64,000 bases of DNA from Candidatus Hydrogenedentota bacterium (lineage in GTDB: Bacteria; Hydrogenedentota; Hydrogenedentia; Hydrogenedentales; SLHB01): positions 1-64,000 of the forward strand of contig CAXXYE010000001.1 of the NCBI GenBank assembly GCA_963674865.2. Direction: 5' to 3'. Made by a program: the position numbers and the translations under genes. The number at the start of each line of letters is the position of its first letter. Position 1 is the first letter of the stretch. The notes below the pieces were generated by a model. The model made no database searches. It was not told the origin of the DNA and worked only from the letters and a program-made list of their open reading frames with translations. Below are positions 19,150 through 29,261 of this stretch, piece by piece.

Positions 19150-20574
19150 GTGCCTGCCGTGGCTGATATGCTTCGAGGCAAGCGCCGGACCTTTCGCCGC
19201 TGGTATCCTTTCTTGGCCGCCTTGCTTCTTTTGGGCGCCGCCCTTTGGGGTGATTCTCGCCTCAAGACCTCGTCAATAGACGGCTACTGCCCCGAAAACG
19301 CCGAATGGGTTTTGGCTGCTGAGGACGGCCCTGCCTTCTGGCGTGATGTGGCACAGTCCGCGGAGTGGGGGTATTTCAGAGACGCTCTGAAGGGGCGATT
19401 GGCGAATGCGGAACTGGCTGTCTACCATCTTGCCGGCGTTCGTCCAACGTTGGCCCGCTGGGATTTCTGGATGGGCCGCCGATTGCTTATCGCCGGGGCC
19501 GGCGGGGTGAAGGGATTCTGCGTACGTCCCGGGGTACTGCTACGCGCGGCCCATTTTGTCAGGGCGCGCATGCTCGGTACGGAGAGCCAGGATGGGATCT
19601 GGGCCTATCGTTCGTTTTTCTATCGCTGGCACGAGGGTTTTCTCATCGTATCGTCATCGCGGGACTATGTCAGTGCCCCCCTGTGCGAACCTGTGGTGGA
19701 GCCCTCCAGGAGCCCAAACGAACTGCGGGGACATTGGCGGGGGCATCGCGATGGTTTCGTCAGTCTCGCCATGAGTCCGGCGCCGTCGGTGTCCGGCTGG
19801 ATTAGGATGAAACTGACGCAACGCGATGCGCCCCTTACGCTGACGGAGGCGTGGCCCGAGACGCCCATGATTAGCTTGAACGTGTCTCGCTGGGAGGACC
19901 TGCGTGCGTTTTACCTTCTCCTGGATGATGCGCTGGGCGACACTGCCGGCTGGCAAGAGTGCGAGCGCGTGGCTGGACTGTTCTGGGAGCGTTGGCGCGG
20001 GGGGGATCTTGCCAGCGATTGGGATGAGGATATCGCGGAGTCCGGATTCGCTCTGCTGGACATAGATACTTCAGAGACGCTGCCCATCCCTGTTCTCGCG
20101 GCGGTGTTTCGGGCCACGCATGCGGCCGGCGGCACGCATCCCTGGGAGCCGCTCCTGGCCGGCGTCGACGGACTCCGTTTCGAGTGGGAGGGAGAGCCGG
20201 GGGTTGTGGCGCCGCTCATAGGCGAGAAGGCCGCGCTGTGTGTTGGCCGGTACGGTTACGACTGGTTTGTGGCTAGCCAGGAGCCTGTCATGGCGCTGTG
20301 TGTTGGCGGGATGCGGGATGCCGCGCCCCTTGATGCGGACGCGTCGCTCCGGCTTAGCTGGCTGAAAGCAGCTTCCGTGGCAGCCGATCTGCTGGGCGAG
20401 GCGGCTCGGCTCGAGTTGATTCGAGGGGAGGATAGCCAGAGCATCGATGCGGACTTGCTGCCGATCGTTGAGGCGGCGGGCCGGCTTGGTGCGCTGGCGC
20501 TGCAGGGACGCCGTGAGGGTGAAAGGCTGGTTTTCGAAGGGCAACTCGCCACTCACAACGAGGAGGCCCCATGA
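19150..20574 (+). CDS. Hypothetical protein with N-terminal membrane anchor
   Basis: 474-aa ORF; N-terminal basic residues then a hydrophobic segment; overlaps the next gene (ATGA). Confidence 0.7.
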   Translation: MPAVADMLRGKRRTFRRWYPFLAALLLLGAALWGDSRLKTSSIDGYCPENAEWVLAAEDGPAFWRDVAQSAEWGYFRDALKGRLANAELAVYHLAGVRPTLARWDFWMGRRLLIAGAGGVKGFCVRPGVLLRAAHFVRARMLGTESQDGIWAYRSFFYRWHEGFLIVSSSRDYVSAPLCEPVVEPSRSPNELRGHWRGHRDGFVSLAMSPAPSVSGWIRMKLTQRDAPLTLTEAWPETPMISLNVSRWEDLRAFYLLLDDALGDTAGWQECERVAGLFWERWRGGDLASDWDEDIAESGFALLDIDTSETLPIPVLAAVFRATHAAGGTHPWEPLLAGVDGLRFEWEGEPGVVAPLIGEKAALCVGRYGYDWFVASQEPVMALCVGGMRDAAPLDADASLRLSWLKAASVAADLLGEAARLELIRGEDSQSIDADLLPIVEAAGRLGALALQGRREGERLVFEGQLATHNEEAP

Positions 20575-22577
20575 TATCCTCTATCGCTGCATGCTGCCTG
20601 CTCCTCGGGCAACTGGGCCTGTCGGCCGCGCCCGATTATGGCTTCTGGGAAGAAGTATTCGGTGTCTCCGACGTCGTCGCGGCTTCCGGAAACGGCGGCC
20701 TGACGGCATGTGTGAATGACCACGGCCGCGTCTCCGTGTGCAAATGGCCGAGTCCAGGTTACTATGATCAGCTCACCTACCGAATTCGCTCGCGTAACGA
20801 GAAATTTCCCGGCGTACCGCCTTCGGACGGCCTGAAGTGGGGCCTCCGGATCGGCGGCGAGACGAAATGGCTGTGCGGAGAGCCTTGGAAATCGACTCAA
20901 TGCTATGCGGCGGTGGATTCGACCGTTATCAAGACCCGTCTGGCGTCCTCGGAGGCGGGACTGACGGCGACACAGTATCTGTTCGTTTGCCCTGACGCGG
21001 ATGTCCTCGTCGTGCATCTTGTTGTTGAGGGGCTTGATGCCGCTCCAACTATCTTCTGGCACGCCGACTTCTCGCCGTGCACCCGCCTGATCCCGGAAGT
21101 ACCTATCGGCGATTGGCTATTGGACGGGGCGAATGATTTTGCCGTCTTCGAGGCAGGCAACCATGGCGCCATATGCCATTTCCGGCCCGAGGGCGCGACG
21201 CATGACGACTGGGCCCGGGCGCGGGAATTCGCGGCCCAAGAGGCGGGGCCGGATGCTTGGAGAACGTTCCGTCAAGGTGTGTGGATTGTTTACGGTTCAC
21301 CCGACGAAATCCTCGGCTTCCAGTGTGGGCTCGAAGGTGAGGACGCCTCCGCCTTCAAGCAGGCCGATTTGGGACGCCTGAGCGGCTCGCGAGCGGCCGT
21401 GGGTTCATGCGATTCAGCTATTGCACTGCGGCCTGCCGTCAAGGAGGGCGCCTATGCGGCGACGGTGTTGGTGGCTTTTGGGGAGAGTTACGACCAGGCG
21501 CGTGAGCGGTTCATGCAGGCCAAAGGCAAAGGGTACGAGCGTCTGAAGGAGGAAGCGGATGGCTATTGGCGGGAATGGCTCCGAGGCACTATCCTCCCTG
21601 CGACCGACGACGAATCCCTCACGGCCTTGATTAAGCGCTGTCTGCTGGTTCTGGCGACGGCGATGGATCGCCGCTCGTCGGCAATCGTGCGGGCGCCGCT
21701 TGTCCAGCCGCCTCTTGCGCTGGACTGGCCGCGCCACGGTGTCTGGATGACGACGGCCCTCGACCTTGCGGGCCTTCATGAGCCGGCCAGTCGGCATACG
21801 GGATTCTACGCCGAAGGCATTCGGGGCAGCGACCTGCCGGGGGCGCGCGCTGGCTCGTTCCCTGCGGCGTTCTATGCGAATGGTACGGCGGCGATTCCCT
21901 CTGCCGTCCTGGACGTGGAGGCGCCGGCCTGGGTCTTGTGGTCCTTCTGGCGGCACGGCCTATCGCTTGGCCCTGCTGCACGCCCAACCTACTTCGCGAC
22001 CATTTGGGATGCCACGCTTCTTTCAACAGAGTTTCTGGCAGGATGGAGCGATGTTAACACTGGCCTGCCTCTGCACTCATTTGATCCGAGTCTGGTGCGG
22101 GACACGCGTTCTCCGGAACTGCTCTTGACCGTTTCGACGGGTGTGGCCAGCGGCCTCCATATCGCCAATGCGCTGGGGCAAGATAGGCCTGGTTGGAGTG
22201 CGCGGGCAAATGAGATGGAGGCCCTATGCCTGTCGACTTGTCTTGATCGGGAGCGGCAATGGACGTTGCGCGATCCCCTATCTTACTGGCCCGCGGACAT
22301 CATTCCCGCCGGGGACTCTCGCTGGGACGAGTACGCCGAGGCCCGTCTGAAAGCGTTAGGCGATTTGCGCGGATACGAAGCAGCTCGGTCGCTCTGCGAT
22401 ATCGCCATGGTATGGCAGAACCGTCCGGCAAAGCTTGCCCTCGTGCGACCCCACCTTCTCGCTGCCATGAGACACGCCCTGCGTATGGAGGAGGGGCCGT
22501 CCCTCGCGTTCCCGGATGCACTTCATGCTTCGCTTGCCTTCATCGGGGCGTCGGTTGTGTCAAGCGCGTCGCCTTGA
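20571..22577 (+). CDS. Secreted GH15/glucoamylase-like (alpha/alpha)6 protein, degenerate motifs
   Basis: Signal peptide; GNGGLTACVN..WPSPGYYDQ N-domain; YWREWL; DWPRHG in place of WPRD. Confidence 0.65.
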   Translation: MISSIAACCLLLGQLGLSAAPDYGFWEEVFGVSDVVAASGNGGLTACVNDHGRVSVCKWPSPGYYDQLTYRIRSRNEKFPGVPPSDGLKWGLRIGGETKWLCGEPWKSTQCYAAVDSTVIKTRLASSEAGLTATQYLFVCPDADVLVVHLVVEGLDAAPTIFWHADFSPCTRLIPEVPIGDWLLDGANDFAVFEAGNHGAICHFRPEGATHDDWARAREFAAQEAGPDAWRTFRQGVWIVYGSPDEILGFQCGLEGEDASAFKQADLGRLSGSRAAVGSCDSAIALRPAVKEGAYAATVLVAFGESYDQARERFMQAKGKGYERLKEEADGYWREWLRGTILPATDDESLTALIKRCLLVLATAMDRRSSAIVRAPLVQPPLALDWPRHGVWMTTALDLAGLHEPASRHTGFYAEGIRGSDLPGARAGSFPAAFYANGTAAIPSAVLDVEAPAWVLWSFWRHGLSLGPAARPTYFATIWDATLLSTEFLAGWSDVNTGLPLHSFDPSLVRDTRSPELLLTVSTGVASGLHIANALGQDRPGWSARANEMEALCLSTCLDRERQWTLRDPLSYWPADIIPAGDSRWDEYAEARLKALGDLRGYEAARSLCDIAMVWQNRPAKLALVRPHLLAAMRHALRMEEGPSLAFPDALHASLAFIGASVVSSASP

Positions 22578-22749
22578 GTTGGCCGCCTTTCTCGAGCGAA
22601 AGCCGGCTTTCAGACGGGACCGACATTGACAACTGTCCCGCTTTGTACCAGAATCGCCGGTGGTGCAGGGCTGTGGGCCGGCCCCAGCCCTTGAGGGGAG
22701 CAAGGCTCGTCTCGCGTTCGCAACACCATAGAACAGGGAAGAACTCCGA

Positions 22750-23550
22750 ATGACCACATTTCCCAGCGCGGCAGCCGTGACAGAGGCACAGCCTGAGGCA
22801 CGTGTGGCGATTTCGCTCACCGATGTCTCTTTTGCCTACAACGGTGTGCCTGTGCTCGAAGATGTCACGCTAGCCATTCCGGAAGGCGAGTTCGTTACGG
22901 TGGTGGGCCCGAACGGCGGTGGGAAGACCACTCTTCTGAAGCTGATCCTGGGCCTTTTGCGCCCCAGCAAGGGCCAGGTCCGCGTTTTTGGCGAAATGCC
23001 TCAGCGCGCTCGGAGTCGCGTCGGCTACGCGCCGCAGCATATGGGATTCGACCCGCGTTTTCCGGTGACGGCTTTGGACGTGGTGTTGATGGGACGACTC
23101 GAACGACGGCTGCTGGGCGGATACACGAAGGCCGACAAGCGGGCTGCCGTTGCCGCACTCGGGGAGGTGGAATTGACGGAATCCTGGAGCCATCCCTTCA
23201 GCGCCCTTTCCGGCGGACAGCGCCAACGTGTTCTGATAGCGCGCGCATTGGTGTCCGAGCCGGACCTGCTGCTTCTGGACGAGCCCATGGCCAATGTGGA
23301 CCCCGCCATCGGCACCCAACTGCTCGATATCCTGAAGCGACTCAGCGAGCATATGACGATTCTTCTTGTGTCCCATGACCTGGGCTTTGTGTCGACTGTC
23401 GTGGAGAGCGTGATCTGCGTTAACCGGCGTGTCGTGGTGCATCCGACGAGCGAACTCACCGGAGAAATCGTCCGGGACATTTACGGGGGCGATTTTCGGA
23501 TGGTGCGCCACGATCACCGTTGCACCGAAGGGGGACACGAGCATGGCTGA
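22750..23550 (+). CDS. znuC: Zn/Mn ABC transporter ATP-binding protein
   Basis: GPNGGGKTT, LSGGQRQR, LLLDEP, VSHDL, His-containing tail. Confidence 0.85.
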   Translation: MTTFPSAAAVTEAQPEARVAISLTDVSFAYNGVPVLEDVTLAIPEGEFVTVVGPNGGGKTTLLKLILGLLRPSKGQVRVFGEMPQRARSRVGYAPQHMGFDPRFPVTALDVVLMGRLERRLLGGYTKADKRAAVAALGEVELTESWSHPFSALSGGQRQRVLIARALVSEPDLLLLDEPMANVDPAIGTQLLDILKRLSEHMTILLVSHDLGFVSTVVESVICVNRRVVVHPTSELTGEIVRDIYGGDFRMVRHDHRCTEGGHEHG

Positions 23551-24397
23551 GTTCCTCGAGGCGCTCAGGCAGCCCGAGATGGCTTTCTTGCGATACGCGT
23601 CTATTGCGGGCGTGCTGGCGAGCGTTCCCTTTGGAATCATCGGGACGTACGTGGTGGCGCGAAGGATCACGTATATCGCCGGAGCCATCGCCCATTGCGT
23701 CCTCGGCGGCATCGGGGCCGCGCTCTATTTCCAGCAGAAGCTCGGGTGGGACTGGTGTCAGCCCATGTACGGCGCCGTGGCGTCGGCGCTACTGGCCGCC
23801 GTGGTCATTGGGCTTGTCAGCTTGTATGGCCGTGAGCGAGAGGACACGGTGATCGGGGCGCTCTGGGCTGTCGGCATGGCCGTCGGGCTGCTGTTTCTGG
23901 CCAAGACGCCAGGCTACATCGACCCGATGAGCTACCTTTTCGGCCAGATCATTCTGATCTCGAAGCGGGATCTATGGCTCATCGCCGGTTTAGATGTTCT
24001 GGTCGTAGGCTTGGCGCTTCTGTTCCACAGCCGGTTGGTGGCGGTTTGCTTCGATGAGGAGTTTGCCCGGCTGCGCGGCGTGCCGGTGGGGCTGTACTAC
24101 ATCTTGCTGCTCTGCCTCACTGCGTTGACGGTGGTGCTTCTCGTCACCGTGGTAGGCATCGTGATGGTGATCGCTCTGTTGACGCTCCCGGCGGCAGTGG
24201 CCGGGCTGTTTTCCCGACGCATCTGGCAGATGATGCTTCTTGCGGTGCTCTTCTGCGCCGCCTTTACGACGTTAGGTTTGGGCCTCAGCTACTCCTGGGA
24301 TCTGCCCACTGGGCCGACCATTATCGCCCTCGGTGGCCTCGTGTACCTTCTTGTCATGGTAGTGACGCGATGGCTCAAGAGGCTTCCGACGCCGTGA
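23543..24397 (+). CDS. znuB: Zn/Mn ABC transporter permease
   Basis: GTYVVARR, AIAHCVLGG, YLFG.I, FDEEFA, LLTLPAA. Confidence 0.85.
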   Translation: MAEFLEALRQPEMAFLRYASIAGVLASVPFGIIGTYVVARRITYIAGAIAHCVLGGIGAALYFQQKLGWDWCQPMYGAVASALLAAVVIGLVSLYGREREDTVIGALWAVGMAVGLLFLAKTPGYIDPMSYLFGQIILISKRDLWLIAGLDVLVVGLALLFHSRLVAVCFDEEFARLRGVPVGLYYILLLCLTALTVVLLVTVVGIVMVIALLTLPAAVAGLFSRRIWQMMLLAVLFCAAFTTLGLGLSYSWDLPTGPTIIALGGLVYLLVMVVTRWLKRLPTP

Positions 24398-24501
24398 GCC
24401 GCCTCATCCATGCCGTTATCGGAGGGATTCTTGTTGCGGGGGCCGTGAGATTTATGCATACTTCATTATGAAAACTGCGAGAGTACTTGGAGAAACGCTA
24501 T

Positions 24502-24978
24502 ATGCGGCTCGAAACCTCCCGCTTTGGCCCCATTGAGGTCGACGACGGTGCCGTTATCACCCTGACGCAGCCCATTTTGGGTTTTCAGGAATTCCGACGC
24601 TTTCTTCTGCTGCCCGGCCCTTCGGACAGCGCGGTGAAGTGGTTCCAGTCCGTGGACTCGGGGGACTTAGCCTTCATTTTGATGGATCCGCGCGTGGTAG
24701 TTCCGGATTACAAAGTCACCCTTCGCCGTGGAGAGCTGGCGGAGTTGGCCGTAAGCCGCGAGGATGAACTGGAGGTTTACACGCTGGTCGTTGTGCCGCA
24801 TGATCAGGACCAGGTTCGCACCAATCTGAGGGCGCCGGTCCTGATCAACGCAAAGCACCGCCTCGCCAAACAGACCATTCTGGAAGGGAGCGACTATCCC
24901 ATTCAGTTTTTCCTTGCGCAGGCTCAACGGGGCGCGTCTGAGTCCCAGGAGGTGTCCAATGCTCGTACTGACGCGTAA
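24502..24978 (+). CDS. fliW: Flagellar assembly factor FliW
   Basis: [26 protein letters not shown]; adjacent to csrA. Confidence 0.93.
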   Translation: MRLETSRFGPIEVDDGAVITLTQPILGFQEFRRFLLLPGPSDSAVKWFQSVDSGDLAFILMDPRVVVPDYKVTLRRGELAELAVSREDELEVYTLVVVPHDQDQVRTNLRAPVLINAKHRLAKQTILEGSDYPIQFFLAQAQRGASESQEVSNARTDA

Positions 24979-25180
24979 GGAGGAAGAGAGCATCATGATC
25001 GGGGACGACGTGGAAGTCAAGGTCCTCGATCTTAAGGACAACCAAGTGAAGATCGGGATTGTCGCCCCACGTTCCGTGGCGGTCCACCGGCGCGAGGTGT
25101 ACCTCGCGATTCAAGCGGAGAACACCGAGGCCGCCTCCATCGAGCGTGTGGAGGATATCTCGAAGCTGCTTTCTCAATAA
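24959..25180 (+). CDS. csrA: Carbon storage regulator CsrA
   Basis: [17 protein letters not shown]...[16 protein letters not shown]. Confidence 0.96.
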   Translation: MLVLTRKEEESIMIGDDVEVKVLDLKDNQVKIGIVAPRSVAVHRREVYLAIQAENTEAASIERVEDISKLLSQ

Positions 25181-25198
25181 ACGGGGAGAGATGCGCAC

Positions 25199-25825
25199 AT
25201 GGACGTGACAATCGACGGGGAGCGGAATTTCCGATTCGAGGGGGAACCGCCGGACATGATGTCGGCCCTGGTGGCGATTAACGATTTCCTGCGCAAGAAT
25301 AGACGGGGCATGTTGGCTGTCCGGATGGATGGGGCAAACCTCATGCCCGATGAACTTGTGGAGGCCATGGCAGATAAGCCTGTCAGCGGCGTCAACACGC
25401 TTGAGATTGATTCCGAAGACCTGCAGATGCTGGTGGATTCCTGCTTGAGTGAGATGGAGGAGAACCTGCCGGACTTGCCTCGCGTCTGCCATGAGATGGC
25501 GGAGGTGTTCCACGGGGAGGAGCCGACGCAGGGCTTCGAGCCGTTCGAGCAATTGGCGGCCATCTGGCGGAACATCAAATCCCGAGAGATGCAGGTAGCC
25601 ACGGCGCTCAATATCCCTTTGGCCGACCTTGAGTTGGAGGGACAGGCCGTCCGCGAAATGCACGAGGAACTCAATCGCTTCCTGAAGGAGGCGGTGGAGG
25701 CGCTCAAGGTGCAAGACTGTGTGGTGCTGGGGGACTTACTCGAGTATGAGTTGGCGCCGCGCGCCGAGGCCGAGGCCCGGATTGTCGCTCTGTTACGTGA
25801 GAAGATGGAGGAGCAGTCCGGTTAA
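25199..25825 (+). CDS. Hypothetical protein in the flagellar glycosylation locus
   Basis: Acidic helical ORF ending DCVVLGDLLEYELAP; SD present. Confidence 0.75.
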   Translation: MDVTIDGERNFRFEGEPPDMMSALVAINDFLRKNRRGMLAVRMDGANLMPDELVEAMADKPVSGVNTLEIDSEDLQMLVDSCLSEMEENLPDLPRVCHEMAEVFHGEEPTQGFEPFEQLAAIWRNIKSREMQVATALNIPLADLELEGQAVREMHEELNRFLKEAVEALKVQDCVVLGDLLEYELAPRAEAEARIVALLREKMEEQSG

Positions 25826-25946
25826 CGGGGCGAGGGGCTACCGGAGTTTGGAATCTGACAGCTGTGGGCAATGACAGAGAAGAGCGCATGAGCACGTTCA
25901 AGCCGTGCCCTGCCCATGAGGCTACTTCCTGGCCGGACCTCTAGGT

Positions 25947-28900
25947 ATGGTCGCGCCGCGCATTCTAACCTTCAATTTCCACGAACCTTACCTCTGCCTC
26001 ATGGCAGAGACGGGCCTGCCTCTAATCGTCGGGGAATACCAAGAGGGGCCGCTGGCCCGGACTTGGCAGACTCGCTTCCGGCCCATTCCTAAGAACATTA
26101 CGCTTGTTAGGGAGCATGTCTGGCGGGAGAAACTCGAAAAGGGCGATTTCGACGTCGTTGTGGCCCAAAACGAAACAAACGCCATCGATGTCGTCAAGCA
26201 CAACAAGCGCAAAGTACCGGCCCTGCTTGTCTGCCATAATCGCCGTAGTTTTCTGAGAACGACCATCCGTGAGGATAGAGAAAACGGCCTTGAGCTCTTC
26301 GACAAGCTCCTAGAACGGCTTCAGCAGGCGTTCGAGTTCATTTTCATCTCCGAGTCGAAGCGCGATGACTACGGTGTGCCCGGCCGCGTCATTCGGCCCG
26401 GCATTGATGTCGAGGCCTACGGCGGATATACGGGGCGGATACCAGAGGTATTGCGCGTCGGGAATGCCATGTGCGCCCGTGATCTTATGTTTGACGTTGA
26501 CTTTCAGGAAGCGGTTTGCCGGGGCATTCCCAATCGGGTGTTCGGGGATGACCCTGCCATCCCGGGCGCCCGGATGTCGGCCTCGTTCGAGAACCTGTTG
26601 GATACCTACCGGGATTTGCGTTGCCTGTTGCACGTAACTCGCGAAGCTTGGGAGGATGGCTACAATCTGGCGATGCTCGAAGCTATGGCCTGCGGCATGC
26701 CGGTTGTGTCATTGGCCAACCTGACATCGCCCCTCACGGATGGTAGGGACGGCTTTGTCTCCTACGACGCCGACGTGCTACGCGCCCGTATCGAGGCATT
26801 GCTCGACGATCATGACTTGGCGCGGGGCATCGGCGCGCGAGGCCGCGAGACAGTCGCTGCGAAGTTCCCGCTGCGGGCCTTTGTGGACTCGTGGCGCGAA
26901 GTGCTTGAGACGGCTGCGGAAAGAAGCCCACGGCGTACGGAGCCGGCCGGCCCGCCCGCCGTGCCCAGGCTAAATATTCTCCTCGACTATGTAGCGTCGC
27001 CGCTGACGACGGGCCGTTATCTCGAACGGGCAGCGCGCAAGCGGCACCGCGTTGTGACGGCTGGATTGCGCGCACCGGAAGCCGTGCTCGCGAACTGGGG
27101 CTTTCCCGAGCCGGTGCCCGGTTATTTGCCTCATGAGATCGACCTGCCGCTGCATGCCACGTACCGCGAGATACTGGCGCGGTTGCCCGAGGGCTTTGAG
27201 CCACACCTTTACTTCTGGGTGGACTCGGGACTGAAGGAGATTGCACCGGACATCTCCTTGCTCAAGGCGCCGAAAGTTTGTTACCTCATTGACACGCACT
27301 TGGCGCTGAGAGCCAGACTCGATATCGCACGTCACTTCGACTTCACCTGCCTGGCCCAGAAGGGTCAGGTGGCTTCCTTCGCGCGAGCAGGGGTGCCCAA
27401 CGTGGCATGGGTGCCGCTGGCCTGCTCCCGCGAGCTGCATGATGTGGGCGAGATGGAGCGGATCTATGACGTGGCTTTCGTGGGCGCCGTTGAGGATGAT
27501 CAGTGCGAGAGGCGCCGCGAGATCCTCGAGCGGATTCGGGAGCGCTTTCCCGACGCCATTATCGGCCGATTTTGGCCGGAAGATATGGCGCGTGTTTACG
27601 CGCAGTCCAAGATTGTGTTCAACGCCTGCGTCAACCACGACGTCAACATGCGAGTGTTTGAGGGGATGGCCTCCGGGGCCTTGCTCATTACGGATGAGGC
27701 CGACGGCCTGGAAGACCTGTTTGAGGATGGAAAACACCTCGTCGTCTACCGGGACGATGCCGATGTGGTTGCGCTGATCGAGCGATACTTGGCCGATGAA
27801 GAATCCAGAGAGCGGATTTCCTCGGCGGGCCGAGAGCTTGTGCTCTCGCACCACACCTATGACCGCCGCATCGAACAGATGCTTCGGATGTCCCTCGAGG
27901 CGCTGGGCGCCTTTGGCGGCCTCTCCGGAGAGTCGCGGTACCACGTGGGCGGCTACTATCGATCCCCGAGGCCGGAACTCGTGCGGCACGTGCCCGCTTG
28001 GGCAAGACGTGTTCTCGATGTAGGCTGCGGTGCCGGCGACCTTGGGCGTTTTCTCAAGCAGTTTGGCGTAGCGGAAGTGGCCGGCATCGAGATGGACGAA
28101 CGGGCGGCGGAAATTGCACGGCAGAACCTGGATGACGTCCTGGTCGGAAACGTCGAGGAAGTTGCGCTGCCGTTTCCGGACGCCTATTTCGACTGCATTG
28201 TCTGCGGGGATGTGCTTGAACACCTGGTTTGGCCCGGCAAAGTGCTTGAGAAACTGAAGCGCGTCTTGGCGGACGATGGTGTGATCGTGATGAGCATTCC
28301 CAATGTGCGGTTCTTCCAGGTTATCGAGATGCTCAGCAACGGGCGATGGGAATACGTTGATGCGGGCATTCTGGATAGGACGCATCTCAGGTTCTTCACG
28401 GCGCCCGAGATGCGAGCCATGATCGAGTCGGCCGGCCTTGAGGTGGCCAAGCTCGAACCGCTCTCGATGGCGGATGCCGCTAGTCTCCCGCGCCGGGATG
28501 ATGGGTCGGTTGGGCTGGGGCGTGTGACTATCCAACCGGACGGCGATGCCGACTATCATGACCTGCTCGTGTATCAGTACCTCGTCATTGCTGCGAGGCC
28601 GGGGGCCGACCTGTTGGCCGGAGCTCAACGCGCCTTGGACGACCGCCAAAACGAGATGGCCTACGAGATGGCGAAGGGCGCCGGTGACGTGGACGAGGCG
28701 CGGCGACGCGCGATCATGGCGAAGGCCCTCGCCCGGCTCGGAAAGCTCGATGGCGCCGAACAGCTCTATCGAGAGGCCCTCGACATGAGTTCCGACTCAG
28801 CGGACCTCGCTGGGGAATTCGGGATGTTGCTTATCGCCATGAACCGGGCGGGCGAAGCGAAGCCGTACCTTGAGCGTGCGCTCGCCGCCGACCCGGCAAA

Positions 28901-29255
28901 CGATCGTGTGATGGGAGCTTTGGGCTTGGTCGACCTGGCCCAAGGCCGGCTCAATGAGGCGTTTGAACGCTTCAAGGCAGGCCTGGAAATCGATCTGAGC
29001 CAAGAGGCGCTGATGGCGCACTTGATTGGCCTTGCGCATAGACTCGACAGGCTGGAAGAAGCTGAGGATATCGTCCGGCGCTTTGTCGAGTTCTATCAGG
29101 GAAACGTGCAGATCGGGTGCGAGTTTGCCGCGATCTTGCAGGCGCGTGGGAAGATGGACGAAGCTCGTCAGCGGCTCGAGACGATTCTACTGCTCGCACC
29201 GGGCCACGCGCGTGCGCAGGAGTTACTGGTGGCGATGGATGGCGAGGCGGAGTGA
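25947..29255 (+). CDS. Multidomain glycosyltransferase: GT4-like, CgeB-type GT, SAM methyltransferase and TPR
   Basis: LEAMACGMPVV; VNMRVFEGMASG; VLDVGCGAG..GDVLEH..GILDRTHLRFFT; TPR C-terminus. Confidence 0.88.
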   Translation: MVAPRILTFNFHEPYLCLMAETGLPLIVGEYQEGPLARTWQTRFRPIPKNITLVREHVWREKLEKGDFDVVVAQNETNAIDVVKHNKRKVPALLVCHNRRSFLRTTIREDRENGLELFDKLLERLQQAFEFIFISESKRDDYGVPGRVIRPGIDVEAYGGYTGRIPEVLRVGNAMCARDLMFDVDFQEAVCRGIPNRVFGDDPAIPGARMSASFENLLDTYRDLRCLLHVTREAWEDGYNLAMLEAMACGMPVVSLANLTSPLTDGRDGFVSYDADVLRARIEALLDDHDLARGIGARGRETVAAKFPLRAFVDSWREVLETAAERSPRRTEPAGPPAVPRLNILLDYVASPLTTGRYLERAARKRHRVVTAGLRAPEAVLANWGFPEPVPGYLPHEIDLPLHATYREILARLPEGFEPHLYFWVDSGLKEIAPDISLLKAPKVCYLIDTHLALRARLDIARHFDFTCLAQKGQVASFARAGVPNVAWVPLACSRELHDVGEMERIYDVAFVGAVEDDQCERRREILERIRERFPDAIIGRFWPEDMARVYAQSKIVFNACVNHDVNMRVFEGMASGALLITDEADGLEDLFEDGKHLVVYRDDADVVALIERYLADEESRERISSAGRELVLSHHTYDRRIEQMLRMSLEALGAFGGLSGESRYHVGGYYRSPRPELVRHVPAWARRVLDVGCGAGDLGRFLKQFGVAEVAGIEMDERAAEIARQNLDDVLVGNVEEVALPFPDAYFDCIVCGDVLEHLVWPGKVLEKLKRVLADDGVIVMSIPNVRFFQVIEMLSNGRWEYVDAGILDRTHLRFFTAPEMRAMIESAGLEVAKLEPLSMADAASLPRRDDGSVGLGRVTIQPDGDADYHDLLVYQYLVIAARPGADLLAGAQRALDDRQNEMAYEMAKGAGDVDEARRRAIMAKALARLGKLDGAEQLYREALDMSSDSADLAGEFGMLLIAMNRAGEAKPYLERALAADPANDRVMGALGLVDLAQGRLNEAFERFKAGLEIDLSQEALMAHLIGLAHRLDRLEEAEDIVRRFVEFYQGNVQIGCEFAAILQARGKMDEARQRLETILLLAPGHARAQELLVAMDGEAE

Positions 29256-29261
29256 GGTGGC

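Noticed and set aside
26970..28649. 559-aa minus-strand ORF (also 29223..30239 and 30288..31385)
   Set aside because: Antisense to well-supported glycosyltransferases; typical high-GC shadow ORFs with no motifs
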